The position numbers were made by a program, and so were the translations under genes. A stretch of 63,817 bases of DNA, counting the filler, from Lenisia limosa (taxonomy: Eukaryota; Protista; Breviatea), in assembly GCA_001655205.1 (NCBI GenBank). It is 10 parts of 10 records of this genome, joined end to end, with 100 filler letters (N's around TTAATTAATTAA, not from the genome) between each part and the next. Parts side by side here need not be neighbours in the genome. Positions count along the whole stretch, not along the records: positions 1 to 22,866 come from LPNZ01011202.1; positions 22,967 to 26,348 come from LPNZ01003964.1; 8 more parts are not named here. One strand, 5' to 3'. Positions 13,140 through 26,448 of the stretch are shown one piece after another; the first letter of the stretch is position 1, and the number at the start of each line of letters is the position of its first letter. The notes beneath the pieces are model-generated. The model was not told the origin of the DNA. It did no database searches and was given only the letters and a program-made list of their open reading frames with translations.

Positions 13140-16100
13140 CCCTCACGTGGCTTTGGCAGTCCGTTTGGAAGGTACCTGTTAATTATTAAAATACNNNNNN
13201 NNNNNNNNNNNNNNNNNNNNNNNNNNNNNNNNNNNNNNNNNNNNNNNNNNNNNNNNNNNNNNNNNNNNNNNNNNNNNNNNNNNNNNNNNNNNNNNNNNNN
13301 NNNNNNNNNNNNNNNNNNNNNNNNNNNNNNNNNNNNNNNNNNNNNNNNNNNNNNNNNNNNNNNNNNNNNNNNNNATACCTGAAGAGAGGGGTCACAATGG
13401 GGTAAACAGTACAGAATATTGTATTTGTTGTGTTAGTATCACTGAGAAATGGCGTACTTGGTCCTTCCCATGCCCCTTCTGATGACGATGACTGTGTTGC
13501 TTGGTATGGCGTTTGACTGGATCCATATAGCCTGACTGTAGGGGAAAAAGGGGTAAATAATATGAAAATTTCAACTAAATATGATTGGGGTTTCCAAACG
13601 ACTGGGGTAAAATGGCAATAAAAGTTGAAAGTTCGGTTGTAGAAAACAGTTGAAAGTTAAATTATCAATGGCATTCCAACCTTTTCAGAAGCTTCAGGGT
13701 CAGCTCTAACCATTTGGTCAGCAAGGCCCAGAGCCATGCGAATTCGAGCATCCACATCCGAAGACGATGTCTGAAGAAGAGGATTAACTCACATGAGAAT
13801 AATATGAATGAACAAGAACAATGAAATATAAAGCAGTTGGAGGATCGAATAGGTCATCCCTGTACCTTTGTCTTTGGAGTTGCTTTGCTTTGTCCGTCAT
13901 GGGACATGGTGGTGTAAGATACTTGGTGATCCGGAGAGGGCCTCGGTCGAGCCTACAGTATATCAAATTGGTTATTCTAAAAATGAGAAAAGATATCGGA
14001 TTTTGATTAATCAAAAAGGGTCCTAAATCCAGAACTGAAAGTGAGATGAATGACCACAAAAAATGTTCATGTTGTCACCTCTAAGTTTCTCGGAGTGTTG
14101 TAGGCAGAACCAGGCCGACTATGTGGTGGTGACTGGCTTGTTTTACCAGGGCCTAAAGCAATGAAGTGAAGTTGACTATTATTACTAACCAAAACGGAAG
14201 GGAAGATGAGCATATAAACAAACAAAAATAAAGCTTACGCTCGCCAATTGGGGGGTTCAATAGAGCGTCAGCATAAGGAGGCCGTAGCATTGGGGGGCTG
14301 ACTGAGCGTTTTGGGGAACCTGGTGGGGGTGACTATCCAATATCAAATATATATGTGATATTATCATTTTTCCAACCCCCAACACTATTGTTTTCGCTTA
14401 TTTTCTTTGACATTGTCAATTTGCTGCTTCTGTATTTCTCTACTGTCCCCAAAAATTGAAAACATCAATAAACTACATTACATAGATAGAAATGAGAAAT
14501 AAAATTAGGTTGTATCTGTCCAGCAAAGGATTATTTTACTGATTAAAGTAAGAAATACCTACACTTGAAAATCATGACATATATCCTGCTCCAGACCCCA
14601 TGATCCAATACCCCTCATGGCATGTATCTTATTGTTCGGTAGCTGGTGGAAAAATCTTCAAAAAATAGAAATTTTAACTGTCTTTTTTCTTTTGAAATGA
14701 ATAGGAAAAAACCCACCACTTCGTGACGTTGTCTTTTTGATGTTCATTGGCCTGGAGTAGACCTAAGGGAATATAAACGCTTGATAAATGAAACAGTAGT
14801 TTAATATGGGGTAAGTAAAATAGTATTTGTGACGACTATAACAAATAACAATGTGAATGTGCACCCACCTTTTGCGGAAAGTTATGGACGGGGTGATGTC
14901 TACAGATTTGTGAAGGCGAAAGGAGAGAAGAAAATAAATATAAAAGCCACAATAAAAACAGGTTGCGCCAGGTAATACCTTGGACCAGGAAGGGGCATTT
15001 CATCATCCAGGGCAGCAGCAACCAGCTCAGCTGTTGTGAGTTGGGAAAGGTCTCGATGTGGTACTGATTGCTCCGGTGGAGACTGTGACAGTGAGAACTA
15101 CTAATTCTCTGGACTACACAAAGAGCATTTATCAGAAGATGATGTTGCTGTAAGACCCCCCTCATTATGACTAACACTTAGCTAAAATCCAGCCTACATC
15201 GTATCTCTGAGTTGGAAGAGGCGGCCTCGCGGATTTTGTTTCCTGGGACTGGGTTATCAGTTGCAGGGTAGTTTATATGCTTTGTAAGCTTCAATACGTG
15301 AGAAACGAAAATTGTTAGGTATTGGCAATTTCAAAACTATAAACGCTCGCCTCCGCCCTTGCCATTATTTTTAGGATTGTTAGAACTTGAGCCACATTTT
15401 GAAATTTCGCCCTACAATCTGACTAATTTCGCGGGTTGCTGCTTCAGCAACCACCAAGTTCTCTTTGACACTCTACAAAATAAGTTGATCATTTTGTCCA
15501 ATATTATTTTGGGTACAGGAAAGAGCTGCAATTTCACTTCTTGAGCCAAGAATGTGAATAACCGAAACATCAACTCACAAGCATTATTGCCCCCCCCCCN
15601 NNNNNNNNNNNNNNNNNNNNNNNNNNNNNNNNNNNNNNNNNNNNNNNNNNNNNNNNNNNNNNNNNNNNNNNNNNAATGCAAGGCGTAATCGGTAGGATTC
15701 TTCCAAACTTGCGGGATCGCGCGGGAGTGGCTGTGATAGGAAATCAACACAATCCGAACTCAGTGTTCCGTGAATCAAGTGATGAATCGAGAAGAGTAGT
15801 GAGTGTAAAAACAATAGAAAAAGCCCCCCCTCCCCCCAAATACCCTGGGTTCCTGTGGAAGAGTTGGGGTTTGCGTATAGCGGTAAGGCTCAGGCGGTTT
15901 CACGACAGGCTCGGGACTGGTGGCGGTTTGGGTTGAGTTGGTTTGTGGGATGGGGTCAGTTCCTGGGGGGTGGAGGTGAGAAAAAATTGGGATGTGTACA
16001 AGTGAAGATATTGACCCTCCTCACCTCGAGACTTCATGATTTTTTCCGGAGGGGATGGCACTTCAATATCGTAGGAAATCGTAGTGCGAGGTGGGGGTGT

Positions 16101-19100
16101 GGTAGGACCTGTATCCGTAAAAGGAGGAAGTTATCTTTGTCAAAATGCAAGAGAGACGTGCTATCAATAACGACCAGGGTATTCTTTTATCCCAAAACTC
16201 ACCAGTGCCTTGAGATACTTGGATCAGAGGAGTCACTAAAAGGTTAAATGGTTATGGTCATATATTATACATTTATACAAATTAGAAATACGCAAAGGGG
16301 GTATCAAGCCATCGTGAAGACTACGCAATTTACAAACCTGGTTTGTGGAGAGGGGAGGTGGGTGGAGTGACAGGGTCACATCCTTGGAGGTCATTGTGTA
16401 TGTATTTGTGTGACCATGATAAATCAAGATGCGGAACTGATTGGAATAGAGGAGCAAAATGACAAGAAAAAACGTTCCTTTACCTACCAATAGACTTCGT
16501 AGTTTTCTTTGGTGCCTCTTTACTGGGAATCGATTCAGGTTCTATATATATGATTAAAAGGCTAGAAAGGGGGTCAACGTAGAGAGATACATCAAGGGTA
16601 ACCGTTGATGATTGAAATAGTAAATAATAGAACAGTAGTACAGTCAGGTCCCGGTTACCTTTTTGAGGGGTCTTTACAGGGATATGGTAGAGAGGGAAGT
16701 TTTCAGGAGCGCTGAAATATCAGAAAACAGACATTATAACGTATAATACAAAATTGTTCCCAGACTGAATAAAATGAGTGAGACTGTAAGTGATTTAGTT
16801 TATTTCACCCATTACACATCATTATTTGATTTTACATGATGAAGCACTCACCTTTTTGAGCCACCGGGGTAGTTGAGATAGAGGAATGGAAGATGTCTTT
16901 TGGGCTGGTCGGACTGCATGGGGTGGAGGCAGGGGATTGGCGCTTGGGAGTTATCAAAAGATGAAGAGACAAGAACTTCGTCATGAGAGGAACAAAATCG
17001 CATTGAATTTAAATACAGTTAATGACAAATTATTGGATTCTATCCAATTCTTCAATAGTCCAAGGATTTAAATATTCTGTGAAACCAGCAAATCGGTTGA
17101 CCAATTGTGCAACTTCTGGGATGTGATCCTACTTGAGTATATCGCATCAATCCTATTCCCCTTCCCGCACCCGAAATACTATCTGCAGCGTTCATGTTCA
17201 GGAAGCTGGGGCCTGTTCGATACGGCATTTTGGACACCGGAGCGTGAGGTTGAAGCATGGTCATTTCAGGGGCTTTCTGGAGACAGGGTGCCGGAGCTGT
17301 GGGCTTGGACTTGGAGGGGGGGGGTTAAATGAGAATATTTGGAATGAACTCTAATAGCTAAATACTTAGGGCACATGAGTACGGGAGAATATTGGAAATA
17401 ATCTATTTTCCAGAAAAACGGATTCGAAAACCACAAAAATAGCTATCTAACCCCACCTTTTCTTTAGTCTTCTTCCTATCAGCCTTCTTAGCAGCCATAA
17501 CATCTATGAGTTTCTCCAAAAGCCGGCAAACGTCACTTTGCCCCAGACCAGTGTCAACGTTCAGACTCTAGAGAAAGTGATGGAATGTTACTCAGGAATA
17601 TCAGGGATTGCTTTCGAAGAGAAAATTTCATGTGTGTTTGAAAAATGTTCCTTGCCTCAAACGGTAGAATAGTTGACAGGTAGGGCTGGAGCGACTGGTT
17701 GAGGAGGCTGTGGGGGTGATATTAATGTGAAATCCATCATCACGGATGTATCAGTCTTTTGAACCGATTTAAGCCCTCATACAATAATTGGGAAAGACGT
17801 CTGAACCCCATCGGAATGCTGTGATGGTGATAAGGCGAGTCCCTAAAGGGTTAGCATGTGGACAGTTTCATTCGTGTTCAAATCCCATTAACTCCACTTA
17901 ATGTGATGAAATAAATTGAGCAGGTATCCTATTTTCCTCGATTTCCTACTTCAATTGGGGGTGGAGAACGTGGGCTTTCCTCTAGTGGAACTTCCATTTT
18001 GGGTAAAGATGCTTGAGAGACGATTAGGGCCGTACTTCTCATGGACGGGGAAGGTGAAAATGGTGACATTGGGACCTGAACAGGATCCGGGACCTATGGA
18101 GTAACCAAGGTTTCTGGGTTGGCGTTGAGGGTGAAGGGGCTTTCAAAAAGAAAAGGGTGATGTTTGCAAAGAAAAGCAGTCGAACTTTTGAAGACGCATA
18201 GACCGGCCTAGGCCTACCGTGAGGTTGTGTTTCTCTTCAACTAGGGTTCGGTCTAGAGGCTCTAAATTGCATAAAATTATTTTAATCACTTTGAATCCTC
18301 AAAGAAAACCACATCCTTTATTTCAGCAAAAATAAACAATATAAAATGATATATATCGATATTAATGGAAGGTTTATGTTGGCTACTGCGGCAACGTAAA
18401 TCTGAAAACCTAGGAATAACACCCACCCAGTCCGTCATCATCGTCACTGCCGTCAACTTCAGCATCACCTTCGGAGGCAATGGAGGCTTCTGGAAGGGAC
18501 TCCCCAAGCGATGTTGCCTGTAGTGGTGAGAACACTCGCGATATTCAAAATATCCAACTGTAAAAGTATAAGTATTCATCCTTGAAAAAGATACTGTATA
18601 TGACACAGCTACATATGATATATGATTAGACATAGTAATGTAGTAGTATATATTATATGATATTCATGTATGATATGTACATATACTAGTATTATATGAT
18701 GTATATATGTACATACATTGTAGAAATACGTAGCACTACTTCTAATGTATCTGTATTCTGCAATAAAAAGAACAAACCATTCCTCAACCACCCCTCACAT
18801 CATCGGTTCGAGCAATTGAGGAAAGGGATGGCGAAGACAGTAATGATGAGTCTTCAAGAGGATCCGGACTCACTGCCTCGTTAATTAGATGACGATTATG
18901 AGGATCTTTCATTATCTCAATTCAAACCAAATGAACAATTTTAACCAGCCAGATGAAGGCATCATTCCTCTGACCACCTCACCCAAGATAATCAAGTAAA
19001 AAAAGAGTATGTTCCATCAGTAGACTTGACCCCCCCCCCCACAGTTGTCAACGGTCCTGGTCATTGGTTTTTTCTTGGTTATTCTAAAGGGTGTAAGTGG

Positions 19101-22100
19101 TGTTTAACAGAAGGTAAGAAGAGAAAAAAAACGCCTGGTGGAACATCAAGAAGAAAGAAAAAAGATATAAGACGACACAATGCTAATGCAACCAAAACAA
19201 GCATAGCGCTTCACAAACCTAAACGAATGTGGATTTGGCATTATATGTGCCAGCCCAGCTTCGTCGACAGAAGAAGAGAGAACAGCCCAAGGCACTCGCA
19301 CTGGGGGGAAGGGTGGTAAAGGAATGGTTCACAAGTGAATAATGGCTTAAAGATAAGTAAGTATCACACAAACCCAACACAAGTAAAAAAAACTCCAAAG
19401 CAAAAAAAAAGATAAAAAATGATTCAGCGCCCGACACTTGGTGGAAGAGGAATGGGCATGATGGTAGTATGATAGAAGTGGGAAAATGAATAGTAGCTCC
19501 AAAGACCTTTTCTTTTGATCCACTTGGAAGCAACAGATGGTCCAATAAAGGCGACAGGCGGATATACATCAATATCACTAAACTGTCAATAGACCTTATC
19601 TCGTTTGCTTTGTCCAGTCCAACCATTCTGCTACTCCTTCGCTCACCATTTAGTGTGATACGCAGCACCGACAGATTTGAACCGTTTGTAAAGGGCAGTG
19701 GCTGCAGGGTCCTTGCGTCCATCTGACGGTTAGCAAGCCTTACTTCGGATTATCCTTAACTCTATATACATAGATACCAGGACTTCTTTTCATTTCTATT
19801 ACGAAGAACAAACAGGGGAGGAGTTAAACAGCAAAGGTACCGTGTTCACCATCACCATCAATTCTTACACCCACCTTTCTGCTGTGCAGACATGGCTTTT
19901 GCATCTCGCCCGAGTCGAACCATCGTCTCTGCATCGGCTCTAAGAATGGGGTGAATAATGGGTGCATTGATCCCTTAGTTTCACTACGTCAACATAGTTT
20001 TGAGCTTTTTGGAATAGTGTATTGCAGATATAGTATTAAACTATATCGTTTTTATACTATGTATCATACTTGATATATCATTGAGTGTATGATCAAAAAA
20101 GAAATCGCAATCTAAGGATATTGGCATTCCATCTCACTTGAGCAGAGCAAGGGAGAAAAGAGGGTGCCTGCCATCTTCTCCACAAAGATCATAGTTTGCA
20201 GCCGCTGCATCAATTTCACCCCTGGGAGGTAAAGGATATAGTGGTATTTATTTTCAAAAAAACCCAGGAATTTAAAACCCCAAAAAAATGAACAGTCAAA
20301 GCACCCCACCGTAAATACTGATGGTGCGCAGTTTCCAGCAGATTAGTGCTACAATGTTGCCCGCGGGCCGGGCTGGCACGAACGGGGTCAATTGCATTAC
20401 TACCGCACCATGCAAGAAGCGACTTGATTAAGGCGATCTAAACAATCACAAAATGCTATCATTTTCATTGCATATTATCTCTGTCAGATTACTTTCACCA
20501 TAATCAATTCCCACCAACCTGGTCTCTAAACGCAGCATGATCACCAGCAAGGCCATGGCCGCGATCAATCCGAGCCTTTTTCCTCTCTGCACTCCGAGCC
20601 AGTCCGGAGATGATCACACGATAAGCTGGAAACCACCCGGGAGCTGGAAGCAATGGTGTTGCTTCGAGGAAAAATAAAAAATAGTTGGGGAAGGTTATAC
20701 AATCGGTAGCAAAAGCTTTACCCACAAATAGAGCTAAAATAAGTCTTATCGATGAATATGGAAAGTGGAATATCATATCAAAAATTACATGTACTGTATA
20801 ATATAATAGTAGGTGCATACCCAATTTATTGATACTTGGTGAAGGATCATTGTCATTGTCATCTTCATCTTCTTCTTCCAGACTTGGAATCTTCGGACCG
20901 TCTTTACTTCTAAAAAAAATGTCACAGGAATTGCAGGTTTTGATCTGAGAAAAACAAATATTAATAAATAATAAGGCAAAACGGTACTCTGGAATCTAGA
21001 CAAAACGTACTTGCAGTTTTCCATATTTTTAGTAATGCAGAATTGTGCATGTCTGAGTACCTGAACCGCTTGAAGGAAACTATGACTGTCAAAAAAAGAC
21101 CCAAATCCCAGATCTGGGAAAGATATACTATATGTGTAATAATTATACATGTAAATAAGTTATAATACAATATAAGATGTTGTGCTGCATATTGTGCGCA
21201 TACGTTGACAAATGTAACAACAAGAAGACAAACCTTCCCTTCCTTGCCAGGACTGTAACTGCGATGGTGAGGAGGTCTACTGTGTAGTGGAGAGCCTGCA
21301 GAAAATAAGTATTTTGGAGTCCAGAGGGTGGGGGTGTCAATATGGCTGTATATCCCACCCAGCTGTCTAACAGGTCACAAAATGAGAAAATGGTGAACAC
21401 CAGACAATTAGAACACTCCGATCCTACCTGGCATTTAAAGTCGAAGCCTGCTGCCCAACTAGATTGTGAGCTTCAGTAAAGTTAACATTAGCGGTCATGG
21501 TAAAGAGAATGTACCGCAATATCATATATTGCAATGATGAGAAATAAAAAACAACTATAAAAAATAGCAGGAATAATACATGATGCAGTAACATCTCTTA
21601 CGCGGCTCTTCTTGCACGACTGGCCAACTCGCTGACATCAAATTCGCCATCTTCTCCACTTGACTAAACAAGTAATTGACCAGTATTTGCATTTCATATG
21701 GATTGCAAAAGACAAAATACTTGCGATACATATTGCAGTGAAGGACAAGAAGCAAAGACCCCTTCTTCACCTTCATGATCGCCTCAGCAAGATTTTTGGA
21801 AGCCAAGGCGTAGAGGGAAGGACGTTCAGGATCAACAAACGGCGAAGGCCTTGGGGGGGGGGGTGAGTAGATACAAATGGAATAGCATTTGAAACAGTAT
21901 CATGTCTTGATATGGGATACACATATGAGTGTGAAACACATAAACCCACAAAGACAGCGCAACTTCCCAGGCGGCTGAAGCATCTTCAATCGGTGAACGT
22001 TCAACTACACATTATTAGGCGGTTCGGGGAGGTTTATAATTCGAGTATGCTTCTTGTGTTCGACTTGGTAACAAAAAAAGTTTTAAATGCAGAAGTGTGT

Positions 22101-22540
22101 TTATCAACGGTTTTATTTCAGAAATAACAGACAAAGGTTGCGTAGAAACAAAATAATAAGAAATAAGGTTTACCCTTATTTCGAAAATCAATTCACGGAC
22201 ATCTAAGTCGCCCTAATTAGATTTATACTTCTACATTCACTTTTAGTGCCTCTATCGTCAAATGGAGCACCTCCCTCCACATTCCCTAACTGGTTTTTAA
22301 CTTGTTATGCGATATAAATAGACAATAGGGCTCCATGGTGAGCTGGTGTTTTGGTCTTTAGACCTTCAACACGGGAAGTCCAACATGGTTGTCCTCCCGA
22401 AACTGCAAATTGTGGCTTAATACAACATCAATCTTTGAGTATACAACTTTGAATAAAGCAAAAAATAGAATAAATACAAGGTTGATTGATAATCCATCTC
22501 TTACAACAAACTGACGACAACAGTCACAAGCCACCCAGAT
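13140..22540 (-). CDS. Hypothetical multi-exon gene(s), Pro/Ser-rich, not identified
   Basis: More than 30 short GC-richer segments bounded by AG/GT on the minus strand (e.g. DVDARIRMALGLADQM, SVKENLVVAEAATREISQI, GWFPAYRVIISGLARSAER). No family motif recognised; may be more than one gene. Confidence 0.45.
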
Positions 22541-22966
22541 AGTCAGAGGTATAATAGGGAATACAATTCAACAAAGAATCTGTATATATATATATGATTA
22601 TATATGTTATATATATATATATACATGTATGTGGGTCCTCAAAGCTCCGGACATCATTCAAAATTCCCGGACACATCAAAACTCCCGGACAGCTTGAAGT
22701 TGACACCTTGTATAGGCCATTGCTAGTGTTTTTTGAAAAATGCTTCGACAGATACATAGAGAAATGGACCTCCTAATGTTCCCTAACTTTTTTTTTCAAT
22801 TTTGAGCAAAAATCCGTGAATTTGGTCTCCGGGGGTCCCCCTTTTGCCTTTTCACAGGATTTTTTTNNNNNNNNNNNNNNNNNNNNNNNNNNNNNNNNNN
22901 NNNNNNNNNNTTAATTAATTAANNNNNNNNNNNNNNNNNNNNNNNNNNNNNNNNNNNNNNNNNNNN

Positions 22967-23714
22967 ATGACCCCCGTTGAACCCCCTGCCAGATCCGCTC
23001 TCTACTCTTGCCAATTGAATACTCAAAAGTTAATTAATATGATTCAAGCAGCCAACAAGGAGAATATTTCAAGTGAGAAAACTGCTGAGGCTTGGGCAGT
23101 GATTGCTGACCAAATTACCGAAAAGGAAATTAAGTTCTTTGAAGAAAATCCAGGTGTTTTACCATGGAATGACCTAAAATTTTTTGAAGACTCAACTTCA
23201 TCCTTTTGAAGCTGGAAAGAAGAAGAGAAAAAGAGCATTGCTACACATTCTGCAAATCATTGGACTGAAGTATTGTTGGAAAATCGGAAGAAAGAAATGG
23301 CAAGAATCAAGAAAGCTAATGTCGAAGAAAAGAAGAGAAACATGCAGAAGCAAGAAAAGGTTTTTAAATATTGTGCAAAATTGGAATGACTTTTCCAGGA
23401 AAGGGGAAGGCCAAGACTACGAAAAAGCGCCCTGTGAAGAAAAATAGGAAATAGAAGTTTATCATTTAGTTTTATGTCTTACTTTTAGAAGAAAATCTCA
23501 TTCTGAGTGTCTACATTTTTCGATTGCTTTTATGAGCTTTGATGTTTGTAATATTAGAACCTTTCTGAAAAAATACAGCTTGTGATGTTTTATACACTGA
23601 GAGTTACTGCTTTCCCCTTCGCAATATTTTTTCTTGAATTAGTGTTTTTTTGAAGAAAATAAAAAAAAAGTGGACACGGTCATGTCCCTGGACACGGTCA
23701 TGTCCCCCCACCTA
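22967..23714 (+). mobile_element. Probable 3' part of a pogo/Tc1-mariner-like DNA transposon
   Basis: Intron-free, frameshifted ORF ending in a K/E-rich tail, AT-rich trailer, then two tandem 18-bp tggacacggtcatgtccc units and a terminus ...cccccacc|TA. No DDE core is visible (contig starts at a linker). Confidence 0.4.
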
Positions 23715-23915
23715 TATTATATGTCAGGAAATTTGTCTTAATACTAAAGGTGGTGCAACTATCAGCTAATGATATGTCATAGAATAACGATAAATGGCAA
23801 GACTTGCCAACCCTTTGCTACTAATCTCGTCGGCAGTATAGCTGTAGGTTTTGCCGCTGATAACATCCTCGAACATAACTCGGCCTACAAAGTGAAAATG
23901 TTTTATATTCACTAT

Positions 23916-26062
23916 CTAGTTGGGAACTATATAGTTGGGAAAAGGAAGCACTATGTTGAAGTAAAGGCAACCCCCCTCACCGTCCTTGTCTCCCTTGCAC
24001 TCCTTGATGATTGCCCTACCGCCAACATCCTCATCGAGGATATTGCAGGCGAATAGAACATTCTTGCCGTCAACTGTGAAGCAATGAGAGATGTTGTGCA
24101 AATTTGAACAGTAAGGAGTACTTTTTGCTGTCAGCTGCATAATGAATTATTAATTCATAATAGTAGGAGGATTCACAGATACCTCAGTGAGATTCCCATC
24201 GATTGTTGCCCTAGTGGCCCCACTCCCCACGGTTCCAGTTGTAGGTCATAAGACGCCAGTCCCCATTTATGTCGATTCTTTCCCATTCGCCATTGCGGGT
24301 CACTGGGGGGGTAAATTCTAAAATTGAAAATGAAAGAATATAATCTAGCGAGATTGATGGGGGTGGGTGAGGTTCAACACGATGACGCCTTATAACTTAG
24401 GCTTCACTTTGGTTCGAAAAAGACCAGGTAAAATATTGATAGTTTTCGAGGATTTATCAAAAAAACAGTCCTTTTTGAACCAACCCAACAACCAACCTCC
24501 TTCGCCGAAGGGAAACACCTTAGTAAAGACTGACTCGTAAGCCATCTTCAGTCCAACGTTGGTTTCAGGCTTGTAGATGCGGCGAAGATGGACGTCAAGA
24601 CGAGAGGTCTGTCCCTCCAGCTGCCCATGATTGATGAATCTGGGAGGGAAGTTATGGGGTTGAAGATAATTGATGATTCCAGCGGTTGTTTCAATTTGAG
24701 GCAAGAAAATATTGTATATTTGTGCCACACTTCAGTACGAAAATAGTCAAATGGGTTGACAAAGGGTGTGAGGCCGAAAAATTGCCAATCACCATCTCTT
24801 GTAGCCCTCACCTGATTCCGGGGAGGCCATACACCAGAACGGCCGCAGCAAATGACTGTTCAGCGGAGCCAAACTAAAGCATAACCGCACCATCACGCTT
24901 ATAAGAGATATTGGATTATAGTATAATACTAACTCATCCATCATTTGCCTTACAACTCTGTGCACACAGTGATATACATGTATATTGGATAATATGGCTG
25001 ACCTTTTCTCCTTAATTAGACATGAAAACTTGCATAAAAGGTGTCAATCAGAAAAAAAGGGACGATTTGTATTTTAGGTAATTATTACGAGTTTCATCAT
25101 GCCTTCGGAAAAAGACTGAATTTCTCAATTAATCCTCGAAAACTGTCGATATTTTACCGGCCTTTTTCGAACCGAAGTGAAGCTCAATGCCAAACCNNNN
25201 NNNNNNNNNNNNNNNNNNNNNNNNNNNNNNNNNNNNNNNNNNNNNNNNNNNNNNNNNNNNNNNNNNNNNNNNNNNNNNNNNNNNNNNNNNNNNNNNNNNN
25301 NNNNNNNNNNNNNNNNNNNNNNNNNNNNNGCGGTGTTACCCAGGTAGCCCTTGTTCCAATTGTCTGTCCACCCTGAGATACCACCAATATCCTGGGCGGC
25401 TAAAGAGTCAACAAAATATATTATATTGATGCTTCAACCCAAAAATAAACCAATATGATAAAGCATAGTCACAGACCCCCCCACCAATTTTGTCATAAAT
25501 GTCCTTGTCATACGTGTAGTCAAATCCGAGAGAGTGAAGCTTAGCCTGATATATTATAACCGCTTCGCTACAATGTATAACTATGCCCGAAATACGATCA
25601 ATCTTGTAAGAAGATGGAAACAATAACATTTTCCATCTAAAGACAAACCATACGTTTGTATTCCAGTAGCACTCAGCCATGAAGAACATATCGGGGAACT
25701 GCGAGCGCACTGTTGTGAGCGCAGTAGTCCAGAACTCTGGGGAGGGAGGTAAATGCCCAGTGGATTATACGTTGCACCGAAGAGCGAATCCTTTCTTATG
25801 TGATAATAAAAAATAGTCTCACCTGTTTGGGGTCTGTTGTAACCACGAGTTTTGACAATGTCACCCCAGGTGCTTTCGAAAATGTCGTTCAACAAGAGCA
25901 TTGACTGAAAGCATAAACCATACTCGTGTTCTCTATTTCGAAGGTTACGATATCATATGAAAGTTGACCGTGTTTGTATTGCTTTAGAGGGGGGGGGGGA
26001 TGTGTACATTGTTACCACCATACCATATCGCAGCGAATGCCGTCAGCAGCAGCCGCAACCTA
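23916..26062 (-). CDS. GH13 alpha-amylase-like protein (AmyAc_1-like; 5' part lost at scaffold linker)
   Basis: Exons read ADGIRCDM|.MLLLNDIFESTWG (nucleophile Asp), EFWTTALTTVRSQFPDMFFMAECYW (acid/base Glu), LGFDYTYDKDIYDKI, AAAVLVYGLPGIR|FINHGQLEGQTSRLDVHL. Confidence 0.85.
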
Positions 26063-26448
26063 CAAAGTAAAATAGGTACAATCTTCATGGAATATTCAAG
26101 GGGGAAATCACTGTAAACAGTGTCTAAATTGAAGAGCACTGTCGAATCAAAAGACTATATTGAATAAAAAGCAACCCTATCCGTAAAATGATGGTGTTTC
26201 AATGTATTCAACATTTGTTGATTTCATCTCAAAAAAACATGCATAATTATAAACTGACACAGCCAGCACTACACTGCAGCTCATGATTTGTTTATGGTAT
26301 ATTATATGTACAGATATGTATTTATGTGTTGTGTTTCCCTAGATTTCTNNNNNNNNNNNNNNNNNNNNNNNNNNNNNNNNNNNNNNNNNNNNTTAATTAA
26401 TTAANNNNNNNNNNNNNNNNNNNNNNNNNNNNNNNNNNNNNNNNNNNN

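Noticed and set aside
18590-18750. TA-rich degenerate tracts in many introns as structured RNAs
   Set aside because: Self-complementarity is a trivial result of (TA)n-like composition, with no conserved sequence between tracts.
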